DNA from: Pelomyxa schiedti
Lineage: Eukaryota > Protista > Evosea
Direction of reading: 5' to 3'
Assembly (NCBI GenBank): GCA_020536535.1
Contig: JAHLWZ010000530.1
Location: 62,001-126,000, forward strand
DNA length: 64,000 nt
Shown: one piece after another, positions 40,425 to 54,966 of the stretch
How positions within the stretch are numbered: the stretch's first letter is position 1
Layout of the letters: each line of letters starts with the position of its first letter
Position numbers and translations under genes: made by a program
Notes under the pieces: generated by a model
Databases searched by the model: none
What the model was told of the DNA's origin: nothing
Seen by the model: the letters and a program-made list of their open reading frames with translations, nothing else

Positions 40425-40653
40425 GAGCGATTGATGATACACGACCGGGGTTACGCAACACACCAAGATAAAGATCCCCCACTTTGTTTTTTCCTACTTG
40501 TTCCTTGATTATTTGTTTTTCTCACGAAACAACGTGCCGTAAACTCTTTGAACAAAATTTGCATTTTTCGCCGGGGCTGCACAATGAAGCAATGGAAGTT
40601 AAGTTGCATTGCTTGATCTTTCCCAACCACAGCGGTGGTACGAAATCCAACAA

Positions 40654-43600
40654 ATGCTACTGCGACGCACGGGACACGAGCCCCTGTTGCCAGTATTACA
40701 CTGCAGCAGTTGGAGCTCGTTTCGGTTCTCGTTTGTTGTGTATGTTTCTGTGCTTATGCTGACGTCAGCACGGGTGTGCCGTGGAGACTGCTCGTTGCAA
40801 AGTTGCGATGATGGGATGCTGGACGTGGTTGTTGCCGGAGATTTCGCGGATTCTCCCCTGGCCGTGGTAACTTGTGGGGCTGTAGATGAAAGGTTCAGCC
40901 CCAGCTTCGTTCCTATGACGATCGACGGGCAAGAAACCTCTTCGCATTCGTCCACTTCTTCCGCGAACCACCAACAACAAGAGGACGTGCTTTCGCCGGT
41001 GGCGGACGCCGCTTATGGGCCACTTACTTTCACTTGGACAGTGGCCAAGGACAGGGACTGTGACGACTGCAATTACACCTACAGTGCCTACGTTGCCATC
41101 GGCGCCGATCGCGGAACCGGCGATTCTGTGGCTTCCGTGAACGGGCTTCAGGGGTTTGGACCGGCGCCTGTGGCTGGCAGGCAACCTGCTGGTCACTTTG
41201 AGTTAGCTTTCAATTGCACCGACGAGTTTGTGGCATATGCGAAGTTCACTTTCGCTGTAACAAGCCTCTGCGGCAACGGTTCCGCTCCTGTGACTGAGCT
41301 GGTCACATTCAATGTTGCTGTTCAGTGCCATACTCCCGGCTGCAGTAAGTGGTGTTCGCTGCATGGAGAGTGTGATTACCTACGGGGAGTGTGTATATGC
41401 AATGACGGGTGGGTTGGGGATTCTTGTGGAATTATGATGACCATTCCTGATCACATCTGCCCTAACGAACCATTATTGTTGGAGTGGTACATACCGTGGG
41501 TATACTCTCTCTTATTTCAAGTTCACTTAACTAACACTTACTCCAGAAAAGATGTATACAATTACCAAAACATTGTTAATACCATGTGGTTTGGCATTGG
41601 CGGTGTTAATTCTCCTTGCTGGACAGAGCAACGTTATTTTATTACCTCAAACTCAACTCCAGCCGCGGAAAGTGATCCGCGTTTAAACCAGGATTGCACT
41701 GGAAGCGCTTATACTGTTGGCTATTATCCGCCAGGGGATGATATGACTATGCAAGTTTGTTCAGATAATGCTCCGGACATTTTTGTGAGTGCAACTATCC
41801 CAGTTTGGTCATGGGAGGACTGTGGTTTCCTTTCCATATGTGACGATGGAATTACTAGTAGTACTTGTAACACTGACCTGGGAAATGGAATATGTATTGA
41901 TGGGTCATGTGTGTGCTCAGACGCCTATTTCTGGTATGATTGCTCCCGGGGCTGTGCTTCATATACCGAGGTTCTAGATCCAAGTGGTACAATATCCAGT
42001 GATTCTCCAGCTTTCGAACAAGACCCTTATTCTATGCATTATCTTTTTGGACACAGTTGCTTGTGGGAGATTTCACCTTCAGGAAGTTTTGACGTTATTG
42101 AATTCACACTAGTTTTCTGGAACGTAGAAAGAGGAGATTGTATAAACTTCTATCTGTACGATTCTTCAGGTGTACAGTTAGATGTTCCGGAAACTACAAT
42201 TTATGGTGGAACTAAAGTGGGGACAATAAGCTTCACCGCTAAGAAGGTGGCAGTCGAGCTTTTGTCAAGTATCAGTAACGAGGGAAATGGTTTCATTCTG
42301 CAGTACAATACAAATCGAACTCCTTTCCCAAAATTTGGCAGTGCCCTGATTGCTGTAACTGGCTTTGCCTTCCTTATTGCCGTGTTATCCTTGGCGAGTG
42401 TATTTTTCCTCTGGCTCTATCGAAAACACAAGGAAAAAAGCCGCGCTGCCATGGAAGTTCCTGCTGCGATCCTCCCTTCCTCAGTGGATAGCGAACTTCA
42501 GTCTATTCTTTCAAGTCTGTCCCAGGAGGGAGCAGAAGATGACATGGAGCGATTACTTGGAAATGCTGGCATTCATTTGAGTAAAACCAAGCTTGATTTC
42601 GGGCTCGGGTCAAGTGACGTTTTTCCTGTAAATGAAGAGCAAGTTGACGATATGGTCTTAGTAAACCGTGGAAGGCACCCAGTTGACTACTGCTTCTTTG
42701 TGCCAGATAAGCCCTGCATTTGCCTATCTATTAAACCCGGAAAGGGGCGAATACCTCCACACAAGTCTACTATTGTGCATTTCGAAGTCAAATTACTCTA
42801 CACAACGTATTTTGAAGGAGTCATTAGACTGCAAGTTGAAGGAAATTCTGAGGCCGTTCATGTGCACTTCCCAATTAAGCTTCAAGGAGCTGTATCAGAT
42901 CGTTTAGATCCTGATGAAATTATGCTTGAACCACTTCCACTGGCTGCTGGTGGATTCGGGTATTCTACTCTCTTTGTTTCTATCTTCTCACTCCCCTAGC
43001 TGTGTATTCAAAGGTGCCTATCGATCTCAATTGATAGCCGTCAAAGTAGTGAAACAGCAAGAAGCCATGAGAGAGAAAGAGAGACAAGACTTTGAGGACG
43101 AATGTGCACTTCTCAAACAACTGCGGCACCCATACATTGTCACATACATTGGGGCGTCGTTTGTGACAGGTCCAACTGATATTATTTGGTCAACGTGGTT
43201 CTTATTCTGCCACAGGCAAACTATGTATATGCACTGAGTTTATTGAGGGTGGCAGTGTAGAAAAATATCTCATGTCAGATGTAGATATTCCTTATCTATT
43301 AATTCTCAAGTTTGCCATCAATGTGGCAGAGGCAATGGCTTTTCTTCACAACAACCGTATTTTGTATAGTTACTTTTCCTTCTCACATCTTGAAAAAGTC
43401 CACTGACCTATGTATAGGAGACCTTAAGTGCTCCAATATGCTTGTAATTACTACCTCTTTGACCGCTGAGATCAATTGTAAATTAACAGGTACTCTTTGA
43501 TATATTTCTTCAAGTAATCATTGCTGTTTTAGATTTTGGCACAGCACGGAATGTGGAAAATCCAGGTAAGACAGTGCTTTTTTTCTCGTCTCTAGCTAAA

Positions 43601-44229
43601 TAACTGTAGCTACTATTGCACGGTACACAGTAGGACTTGGCACTCCTGTATTCATGGTACCAGCCCCTTTTCACTTGATTTGACTAACTCAAACTCAAGG
43701 CACCTGAATTACTTGCAGCTGGTCCATATAACTTCAAGGTATTACTTATTGGATAGAGATATTTTTCGTTGACACCTAAAAGGTTGATGTGTACAGTTTT
43801 GGGGTGGTTCTTTGGCAGATGTGGTGCCGAGATGAGCCATGGGCCGGTGAACGTGTATGGGATATTCCTATGATTGTTATCCGGGGGGACAAGCTTCCTA
43901 TTTCCGAAGATTGCCCCTCAGAACTATCAACGCTCATGAATCAATGCTGGGAGGCAGATGCAGAGAAAAGGCCGGACTTCCAGGCACTAGTGGGAGAACT
44001 CAGTGAAGTCATTACCCAAGTTTCTGGGGATGAAGGCACACCCTCCACAGAGGGGTTCACAGCCAGAGCCTCTGGTGCTACTTGGACCGGACCTGTGTCC
44101 AAGAAAAAGACGAATTCCAGACGAGATACTGCAACTGCTATGGACTCCACACCAGCTGATGTATCTCAGTTCCGCCACGGCGAAGTGAAGAAAAAGGGCA
44201 ACACTCTCGCCAAAGGCACGAAATTGTGA
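40654..44229 (+). CDS. Transmembrane receptor kinase (EGF-like x2, CUB, TM, Ig-like, TKL kinase)
   Basis: CSLHGECDYLRGVCICNDGWVGDSC; CUB (SGTISSDS, CLWEISP, GFILQY); TM; LAAGGFG, IAVK, DLKCSN, DFG, GTPVFMAPE, DVYSFGVVLW. Confidence 0.92.
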
Positions 44230-44505
44230 AAACCCTATTGTAGACACTGAAAAAAAAAAACCAAAAGCCTTTTTCAATCCTCTTGTTCTACAACAACCCC
44301 ACACCCTTTGCACAGTCAATAGCACAATTTAGTTTCACATGTGATTCTTGGGAATGCTGGCTCCTGTGGTATTCGCAAGTTGAATTCTTGATGGGCACAT
44401 TCTCATCAAACACAGCAACGGCAGGGACTCCCATCAGGAAAATTGAATTATTTACTCAATGTTGTTTCTAAGCGTTTTTGATCTTTTTCATCACTCGAAA
44501 ACAAG

Positions 44506-46307
44506 ATGAGTGCTGAGCCACAGTACGAAGCCCGTTCGTCGCGCACTAACAGATCCGTGATAGGCAGTAATGTAAGGCATTAAATAACATTTGGGGTCCA
44601 GGACACTTGTGGGATACAGGGGAGCAGGTCGAGTTGTCAGCGACCAAGTTGCCCAACATCCACTGGGTGCAACTGCAGGCACGACACTTTTTTTTTGTTG
44701 TTCGTTTCTTTCCCCTGGCAGCCCACTCTCACAAATTTCCCTGCAATTTTGTTTTAGCTGGTTCTTACTTTATCTCTCAGAGACTGACAGACACACACTT
44801 CTTACAGTGTCAGATGTGCCACGTGACCTGAATGGCGCTGATAAATTGCTGGTTGTTGATATAATATTAATACAGACAGAAGAACTCGCTCACTTTGGAC
44901 TAGGAAGGGAGATCATACCATGCGTGCTTGAAACTGTGTGATTTGCTTGAAAAAGCCATACCTGGTGTGATTAATCCTCTGGGCACTTCGCCACTGATGG
45001 CAAAGCTCCAGATTCACGCACGGAAATTGATTGCCCTTGTACAACTGGGGTGGCTTTTTTTCCTTTTTTTTTTTTTGTTACCAACCAATACAAATTCCTG
45101 CTTCACAGAAAATTCGAAGATGCTCAGGCAGACATCCAGTCTCTTGGACCACTTGACGATCTCCAAACACAACTGTCTGCGTCTGGCACAATTGGAAGTG
45201 ACAATGAGGTTCCATTTGTTCTGCGTTTGCTCAAAGCACAGCTGCCATTGTTCCACCGTGTGGGAACTGCAGATAAGGGAAGCAGCACATCTTCCCCAAC
45301 CCCTCCAGAAAGAGTAGGATCCATGGAACACATGTACAGGTAAAAAAATTCCACTTTTGTTTTTAACTATGTTATTGCTGTATTAATGTTGACTTACTCA
45401 AGTTCTCTCGTTCTCCCACTTCAGCCTTCTGGAATGGTGTAAATCACGGACCCAGGAAGTGCCATCTGATCAACCTGCACAAGCACAGGTACTTGCCTCA
45501 ACAGACTTCCTGATGTTTCAACCACATGAATTTTAAAAGATTTGGTCCTCCAGAGTGATTTACGTAACGAACGTTCTTGCCACGCACCATATTTTGCGTC
45601 ATGTGAGCCCTTTGGATTCCCACTCCACGCGAACTAATGGAATAACAGGAGTTCCATATGGCGATTTTAGCACTGGAGCAACTCGCGTTGCAATACCCAA
45701 CTGACCCGGTGGTTCTTTCTAACATTGGCAGATTGCTGCTTCAGGTTTGGACTTTTGTCACTAATCTTTAATAACCAGTGTAATAAACCACAGATGGGTG
45801 CAGTGGACTCCGCAGCACAGTACTTCAAAGTCGCTGAACAGCACATACCTTCCCCAGAAAACTCCGTTTTGGCAATGGAAAATAGGTTACTGCAGTTTGA
45901 TATACTTAGCCATTTGGGACTGAATGATTCCCAAAAGGGGTTACACAGAACTCGCACGAGATCAATATGCGGCAGCTATTGATTCATTCAAGGCAGCATT
46001 GAGGTTATCCCCAAAAAATACCAGTTTAATGAACTCTCTTGGAGTGGCCAATGTCTTCAACAACAGCCTGACAGAAGGAATTTCCGTTTTGGAGGTTTGT
46101 GGTGTATTCACCAACGGGATTTCTAAAACACAAACCAAAAAGCAAGCAGTAAGTAAAAACCCAGACCATGTTGATGACCCCTTATTGCAAAATTTGTTTG
46201 TTCTCTACGACCTCACTGTGGAGAACCCTGAGTACAAAAAGCAAAACATCAAACAGCTTCTCAAGAACTTCCCCCTCAGAAACGCACTTCTCAATGAAAA
46301 CTTGTAA
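44506..46307 (+). CDS. TPR protein, TRAPPC12-like
   Basis: KLIALVQLRKFEDAQADIQSLG, EVPFVLRLLKAQLP, C-terminal TPRs, NLFVLYDL. Confidence 0.72.
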
Positions 46308-46377
46308 CAAAGCAATTAATTCCCTTCTGGGGAAAAAAAAAAGGAACATGGAAGTCTATGTTGTTAGCCTATCTCAC

Positions 46378-49300
46378 TCACTCAAATGTATTGAGTTCCA
46401 TGTCATCAGAGAATGTCTGAGACATCTTCTTTGCTTGGCACCACCTGTAAACAACGAATGCAGCAGCGAGACCAGACACGGCACAGCCAAGTGCCCCAAA
46501 CGCAATCACGACGGCTGCCCACGCTGGTGTGTTGTGTCCCACAGAGGATGATGAAACAAGTGTCGATGCATCGGAAGCTTCCTCGGAGGATGTCTTCGAT
46601 GATGACTCCGTGGTAGAAGATATGGATGTGGAGTGTGAGGATGGCAACGTAGAACTCAGGTCCGCGCTGGATGATTGTGATTGGACCGCGGTGCTGGACT
46701 CGGACGCTGACGTGGATGAGGACGGCGAGGTGGAGTGTGACGATTCCGACTCGGACTGTGACGAGGACACAGAGTCAGACTTGGAGTGTGACGATTCCGA
46801 TGAAGACGAGAGTGATTCCGAGTGTGATGACTCTGAAGATGAGGGCAAGGGTGACGTGGAGTATGGCCCGGAGCCAGAGTCGGACTCGGAGGAACCTGTC
46901 GTTCCGCTGTGTGATGATTCTGACACGGAACTGGATTCGGAAAGACTTATGGAAATGGAGGAAGAAGATAACGAGGTGGATGAGGAAGACGAGAGCGATG
47001 AGTGGAAATTGACTGTGAGGGTGAAAGAGCCAGTCTGGTTATCTCTCCCAGTGACAAAGATGAAGTAACTGATTCCGGGTTCCGAGTTCCACACCACTGA
47101 GGTTCCGTGCAAAAGGCACGACCCAATTGCACCATGGTCACAGCCAGTGAAGAGGTATATCTCGGTGTCAAAGTCCGCGGAGGTGCACGTGCTCGCCTCA
47201 ATGGACGCCGACTCAGTTCCGTCAAAGACGAACAGCGCTCCTGTTTGTGGTGGGAGAGAGTGGGAAAAGAGAAAGGGGAGGTGAGTGTGCTGTTTGCACT
47301 GTCAGTGAGAGTCGCAAACCTTGTTTGTCAGTGGCGTTCGGGAAACACGAAATGGATGAAAGTGGTGCTCCCACTGTTGATTCTGTCGTTGAAGATCCTA
47401 TCAGTACTGTTGTTGCTGCACTGCAGTTCATGGTTTGCACTGCAAAAAAAAAAAAAAAGGGAGATAAAAGCAGTCCCAGGAGTGAGAAGACGTTTGGCGC
47501 TGGGAGGGAAATACGATGTCCAGAGAATTCCAAAGTTCCCACCAAAGCGTTCCGCCCAGAAGCAAAGAAGTAGTAAACATTATTGTACTCAACATCCATG
47601 GTATACGTGGAAAAAGACGAGTCGTACGAACAGGGTGCATCGTCGTTGCTCCCAATGCATTTGGATGATGTGCAGTTCGTGAACACGTAAATCATGGTGT
47701 CGAACTTGGTCCTTGGGCTGCACGTGGTGACTGTGAGCTTCCCGGTGCTGGTCGCATTGAACTTGAAAGTTGCTCCTGTGTGAGGTGTTTGGAAAATCAC
47801 ATATCAGTTCGGAGAGTTGAAAGAACAACTATTGAACCTCCTTTGTTCGAAACGGCAGTGCAAGTGAAGGTTGTTTTTCTGTAATAAGTCGTGTTTACAA
47901 GAACACCGGAAAGGTCCCAGTCGATCGCATCACTGCACTGAAGGCCTTGACTACACGTGTAATTTACAATTGCAAAAGGCATGTAGCTGCCTGACGATTT
48001 GGATATCTGAGTCTCTTCACAGGTGTGTTTATTCAAGCTGTACAGTCCGGCCCCAGTGTACCATGTTATCCCGGAACCATAAAGGATTCCAGTGCACGAA
48101 TCGAAATCGATGGGCATTTGGCGGTACTGGCCAACAGCACAGCCAGGTTCGATGGTTCCCAATCCCAAGTCAATCTTTGCCAGGTTGTTTGTGTTCGAAT
48201 AAAACATGTAAAGTACGTCCCAGTTCTCATCATAAGCAATATCGCCTGACTGGGCAGACCGACTTCCTACGGGCATCACGAACGAGGCACGGCCAGTGTC
48301 CAAGTCGACAGTGTAAAGGTTGATTGTTGTGGAAAGGGAACTTTTTGCTGTCATGTACATCAGTTGCCGCTGTGTTGACCATGCCGCACCAACAACCTCA
48401 ACTCCAAAGATGTCAAGATTGCCGATGATCTTGAATGCGCAGTCAGTCAGTCCCAGCGTTGTCACTTCGCCCGTTTTGTCAACAATTTGATACATGACGT
48501 TTGACCACTTGGACTCGTGTGCCACGTCTCCATAAAAGTTCGATCCGCTGTTTTTGATTGGGTACGGGGCAGCACAGAGGCGCTTCCAGAACGGCTCAAT
48601 AGGTAATCCCTCGAAAATCTCCAAGGTCTTGCTCATTTGATTTTTGCTGTAACCAACTTTTTTGGGAGGAGAGAGATGTGAGAGACAGATAAAGAGAGGA
48701 GGGAATAATGACACCAACACTAAAAAGTGAGTTGGGGCTGCGGGAGTAGCGGCACAGACAGACACACCGATTGTGGACTCATAAAGGCGGAACTGGAATG
48801 TTCCATCCACGTCAGTTGTAGAGGACAACAAGATGAAGTATGTTGTTCCCGCTGTGGTTGTCCATCGAACGGACCCTTGATAGGCACAATTTTCAGATGC
48901 CTCTCCAACGATCTGCGCTGAAGAACCACAGTCCTTGAAAACCGTGACCTTTGACTTGCAGTTGCCTTCAGTGCCACTGTTGTCACACGTTGAGGCTGTG
49001 ATTATGGTGGATTTTGATGCTGTGTAGTTGAACAACTTCCCTGCCAATATAAGGTCAAACAATGAAAACCAAGTAATTTTTTTCAACCTTTGAGTGCCTC
49101 CCCTGTTGGTGTGAAGTGCAGGAAATACCATGGAGCATTCGTGATGTTCCAGCTTTGCTCGAATGGAAGACTACTGATCGTTGTTCCTCCACTGCATTCA
49201 GACTGTGAGATTTCTGTGTGCATATGGTCAGATCAAACAGGAAAAACTGAAAAAAAAGTTTGGACACAGAGTGGAGGTTTTACTCCACTAGTGGAAAATA

Positions 49301-52300
49301 GAAGGAACAATGCCACGTTACCTGTGAGGGCAAGTGGTTTGGGAGAGTCGGAGGTAAGAAGGATGTAAGATGTGATCCCTCCACGAAACGCCAACGCCAG
49401 TTTCGTAGCACCAACGATTGTTCCCGTCAGGCAATAATCAATGTATCCGTTGGAACATCCTTGCCAGATGATGATAGCTGTAGTGTTGACGAGGTAGATC
49501 GTGTCTGATGCAGGTGTGATGGAATACAAAACACCTTTTGATTTGTGGGTTGCTCAGGCCAATCATGTCAGTCAATTTCACTCACCATAAGAGTAACTGA
49601 GCGCTACACAGGGGTTCATATAACTCAAGGAGGTGGGAGTCGTTGTCACTGTCACTGGGGCAGTCAAAGGTATGGCAGCTGAGCAATTTGGTGGAGAATA
49701 CACTGAAAAAAAGAGAGTGGGTTTCAGTGGGTGGAAGAGAGTGTGGAACACACATGAAACAGTGAGATTGTAGTTCCCTGTTTGTGACTTCGAACTTCCC
49801 ACCCAGACGTAATATGTGACTCCCAATTGGCCGATCCACATGAGGGAGGCCAAGTTGGAGTTGCTGCATTCTCCCTGCCACACCTTTGAGACGCACCCGG
49901 TTTGGCTGTTGGGGCTGCATCCAGTGAATACACTGACATAAGCGGAGAAGTCTGCACCGTTGCAAACGTCTGCTCGAAACACACCAGCACCAGAAGCTGT
50001 GAAAGAGTACAGAACACCTTTTTTCGGGGTGGGAGGAGGGGTGGAGGGGAGGAGCTGACAGTTAGACAACGCACTTGTGTGTGTGGCAAACTCAAACCTC
50101 TGGAGAATTTGTTTCGCAGATCGCTGGAACAACTGACAGTTGAGAAGGGAGCACCAACAGTGGTTCCCATGTGTGAAAATGGAAGGGATGTTATTTTTTT
50201 GGCTGCACTGCAGTTCATCTGAAGTGCTGTGTGTGTGTGTGTGAAGAAAGTGTTGAGTCAGGGTGAGTCTGATGTGCCAAGAGAGGGAAAAACCTGTCAC
50301 AGTGACAAAATAGTTGCTGATGGTATCTGAGTTTGAATTGACAGGCACCAGGAAGTAATCTCCAGCATCGAGGGAAGCGGAAACAGAAGCACTGCTTGAG
50401 TAATAACACCCAGTTGCAAACCCAGATGTGTCACACTGAGTGGCCAACCCAACAACGAGGTTGCCGTGGATAGTGACCATGAGAAAGGTGGGCTTGTTGA
50501 GATGGAATTGCACAACGTCCACTGATCAGGGCAGCGTCAAAATGGATTGAAAAAGGGAATAACAGATTTTGTACACACATCCAGCTGGATTGTCCAAAGC
50601 AAAACATTTGGGGTTCATCAAGGCGTTGCTTTCCGTTCCCGAGATCGAGCCGAGGGTGATGTTTTTCGATCCACCTTCCAAGATTTGCATCTGCTTTGGT
50701 GCCCCACACACAAGATCCCTGGCTGTGAAAAATAAAATGTCAGACAAATCGAGAGTCGTGATGAGAGACTGCCAAACACACGCGCACGCACACACACACA
50801 CACCACTGAGTCTGAATGTGAACGTTGGATTCGAGAAATAGTCACCAGAGGCAATGATGATGTAATCTTTCTCCGATTCAGCAGTTATCATGAATGAAGA
50901 ACATTTCCTTCCACTCCAGTCACCGTTGTATTTGGCATCAGAACTTGCTGTGTCAGACAATGTTGTGGAGCACTCCAGCAAGGAAGCCTCATAAGAATAC
51001 AGAGCTGAGTCGATGTTCACAGAGTCAGAAGAACACGTGTCGGCAAAAATAGAGATTGAGGAGGAGAACGGATTGTGCCATCTGAAAATCGCTCCTGATG
51101 ATGAAAACAAAGAGGAATTAGACCGTAAATTAGAACCAAAAAAAAAAAAAAAAACAGAGAGAGAAAGAGGGATCATGATGTGCTTATCATAGCAAAAAAA
51201 AAGAAAAGGGAAACAAACCTCTCACAGCGTAATCTTTAGCCATGGAATTTGTATAACCAAACCGAGTTGTATTCACTGCCAAGGTGAATGGAAGTGATGT
51301 GATGTTGATTGTATCGCATGATATTGGTGCAGCTAAATAAAAAAAAGGGGAACAGAGTAGAATGGTTATAATAGTCATAATTAACACTTGATAGTGATTG
51401 TATCCCCATAATACAACCCCGCACAAACAAACAGAAGCAAACCTGAAAAAGTGACATTCACTTTCCCTTCCCTCACAGTCTGAGTGCTCTTTCCAGTGAC
51501 CAAGAACCAATAATGTGTCACTGCTGAAACCTGAAACTGAACGCCCACGCCCCAATATTCATCCATGCCCAGTTCAGGAAGTGGCCAACAACTCTTTGGG
51601 TTGTAGGAACATGTTGGTGAGGCTTGGCTGCACGTCGTGGAAGTGGTTGACCATGCATAAATGTTCGTGTTGAAATCGGCGTCGCACGCGGAAATGGTGG
51701 CAATGGAGTCGATATCTGAGCTCTTGGGTGTCCACGAAAACAGGAGCCCTGAGGAGTAAGGGAGGAAAAATCAGATCAGAAAGCCTGAAATCACTGTTCA
51801 TGATAACCTTTGCCTACGTTCCCGTTGCAGGGAGGAAATACACTGTACGCTGTCGAAGTATCTCCGTGATACGTGAACTCGTTGGATGTGATGGGAACGG
51901 CGGCCTCGCAGTGAAGTGAGTTGTCTAGCAATTTTTGAGGACACAATCGCTGGGGAAGGAAACTAACCAGTAATGGTGAGATTGAAAGGATAAGCAGAAT
52001 CCACGGAAATCCCAATGTAATACGTAGTGCCGGCAGTGGCGCTCCATTGTACAGCCGGGGAAATTTTGCAGCCGGATATGAAATCTGACACTGTGTTTCC
52101 GGAGGGGCATCCATCTTGCACTGAAATCTGGCCGCTCACGTCGGTATCACAGGCATGGGCAACGATCGTGGATGCCTTGGTAGGTGTGTACGTGAATATC
52201 CGATCTGTTTTTTGTGTTAAAATTGCAAAGAAACAATGAGATTGGTTAAGCTTTTCTATGGTAGGTGGTATTGGGAGGGGAAGCACACATGGGCCGGTTC

Positions 52301-52503
52301 CAAGAGAATCAAACGTTTGGTCGGCGCCATCACAGTATCCATGATACGTGTATGGCAGCTTGGTGACCGTTGTTGTCTGGCAGCTCCCTCCAAGACTCCC
52401 TGTGTTTTGTTACACCTCACTTTCCTCACTGGGGAAAAACCGCCTCACCTCGAATGCCCACTAATGACAGAAATGTTACAAGGAAAACAGTACAAGAGCT
52501 CAT
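46378..52503 (-). CDS. Large type I surface protein: signal peptide, about 7-8 Cys-containing beta-sandwich repeats, a propeller-like insert, Ser-rich stalk, TM
   Basis: MSSCTVFLVTFLSLVGIR signal. Recurring motifs TC..FDT..VF..C, NDD.C, V.W....G.TYYI.V.G, G.F.L.V. Ser-rich region, then TM WAAVVIAFGALGCAVSGLAAAFVVY. Confidence 0.8.
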
Positions 52504-53052
52504 AGGTACTGTCTATTTGGTTTGTGTTTTTCTTTCTTAGTGCAAAAATGTTCGTCGTATAAAAGGTACCCAAGCACTTTCAGTTCGGGGAATGGGAGGA
52601 AAAGATGACGAAGAAAAGGTGCCAAAAGCTGGTTAAGGGAAAATCTTGAGGAAACCCCTAAAGAATGTGTTCAGTCGGTGGTTCAGCTGATATCAGCAGA
52701 GTTCGCGGAAGGATCGAAGAACACCTGCAGTAAGCTCTGCCACTCCACCTCCTGGATTTTTTCAAAAAGTGCATCATCGTAGGGCACCAGTAGAACCCGA
52801 AGACCAATTTCCAGTGACTTGGGCCAGTAGTGCCTAGCAGATCAGAAAAAGAAAAAGGCCGGGCAGCAACTGAAATCGCCGAAAAGAAAAAACTTTGAAA
52901 AAACAACAAGAAACAACAAACAAAACCGCACAACGGTGAAGAGTCGGGGTTTGCGGACCACCGACAACGACAAGGGAGCGAGCGAATCAGCGCCACCTAG
53001 CAAGCCACCACAGTTGTTCCGTGAGTAAGTCGTAGTTGCAGTGTGGAGCGTA

Positions 53053-54668
53053 ATGGGCGGCGCGTGCGCGAAATCTGGCGGGGGTGACACGGAAGGTGAC
53101 CGGGCCAATAAGGCCGCCGATGAGATTCTGACACACGACGCCGAGCTTCAGAACCTCAATTTCAAAGTGCTACTGCTTGGTGGGTTTGTGAGTGTGGGTG
53201 TTTTGTGGGTTTGCTGTTGTTGAACTTGTTGTTAGTGGTGAGGTTTTTTTTTTGTTGTAAAGAACGAAAAAACTCACCTACCTAAAAGGTGCTGGTGAGA
53301 CTGGCAAAAGCACTTTAGTAAAGCAACTCAAGCTTATCAATAAGGTTACTTTTTCCCTCAAGCTTGAAATTACAAATAATTCCCCGTCGCTAAAGGGTTA
53401 TTTCATAAAAGATTCCAGTTGATGAAATTGAAATGGAGAATTACGCGACAAATATCCACCAAAATGTAGTCCAGTGCATGAAAACATTTGTTGATGCCGC
53501 AAAAAATCTCAACCTCACTTTCTCTGACCCAGAACATGCAGTATGTCTCCGCTTGACGTAATCTCGCTCTTTCTTATGGAAATCGTAGAGAATGGCGGCA
53601 GAAATTAGCGAGTATGACTTTGGGGAAAACAAAAGGATGCCAAAGCAGTTTGCAGATTATGTACAAACATTGTGGGCTACTCCTGTAATCCAAGTGTGTA
53701 ATGACTTGTCACCACACCAACTTAACATTCGCCTCAGGAAGCATATTCCCATCGTTCGGAATATTGGTTTCTAGATGCCTCAGAATAGTATTTCTCATCA
53801 CATCATCCTCTTTATTAAACCGTTGCAGCTACTTTGCCAATGTGCATCGTCTAATTGAAGATGATTATAGACCTTCAGAGGAAGATTGTTTGATGACAAG
53901 AATAAGAACGACGGGACTGTCTGTTACAGAATTTGATGATCCTCCTGTTCACTTCCAGTAAGCTTCACCCACACAGATCCGGTTGGTGTTGACACAAAGC
54001 AGAGTAGTGGATGTTGGCGGACAAAGGAATGAACGGAAGAAATGGATGCACTGTTTTGATGATGTAAAGTGCTTATTGTTCTTTGTCAATCTTGCTGGAT
54101 ATGACCAGGTACGACTTTATGGTCACCCCTTTGACTAATAGTGCATACCAGGTGATGTTTGAAGATCCCACACAAAATCGGATGCAAGAGTCCATCCAAC
54201 TGTTTGCAACAACTGCAAATAACCCCATCTTTGCGGATACCCCTCTATTCTTATTTTTGAATAAGAAGGATCTGCTGGAACAAATGATCAAAAGAACACC
54301 TTTCACCAAGTGCTTCCCAGAATACACTGGTGAGGACGATGTAGCTCAAGCCATTGAGTACGTCAGTGAGCAATTCAAACGACAGTTGACAAATAAGGCC
54401 AAAACTGTGCACACCATTGCTATAACGGCAAGAGTAAGGTTGGGAACCCTCAGCAATTCCAACACACAACAATAACAAAAAGCGAAACCACCCGCTTAAC
54501 ACTAACTAAATTCGCACCCAATACAGAAAAGATGTAAAAGACTGCTGGTCTGAGGTCAGGAGAATTCTCCTGGAGGAAAACAAAGCCTCTGTCCAAAAAG
54601 CCCAGAAGAACCTCAAAGGTGCCCCAACACCTTCTTCCTCCAAGACCACATCCACCTCCAAATCCTAA
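53053..54668 (+). CDS. Heterotrimeric G protein alpha subunit
   Basis: [47 protein letters not shown]. Confidence 0.96.
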
Positions 54669-54966
54669 CCCCACCACCAACACCACAATCACTCCCACAA
54701 TCCAGGCACACACCACCGACACTCGCCCACAACACCCCAAGCAATCAACAACACCCCTGTTTGACTAGTTGCACCCCAAAACACAACAACAGAGATTTAT
54801 GTTGAGACTTATACATAACAAACCCTGATTTCTGCTAACCCGTAACTTCCGTTTTCGTGTGTTCGCGTCATTCGCCCACAACACGCCGACACCCACGAAC
54901 GTAACGACGGTACAGCGGCAACAACACAACAACAAGGCGAAATAGACAAATAGAAACAGGAAGAAG

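Noticed and set aside
46529-47068. Highly acidic + strand ORF
   Set aside because: Antisense shadow of the Ser-rich stalk exon.
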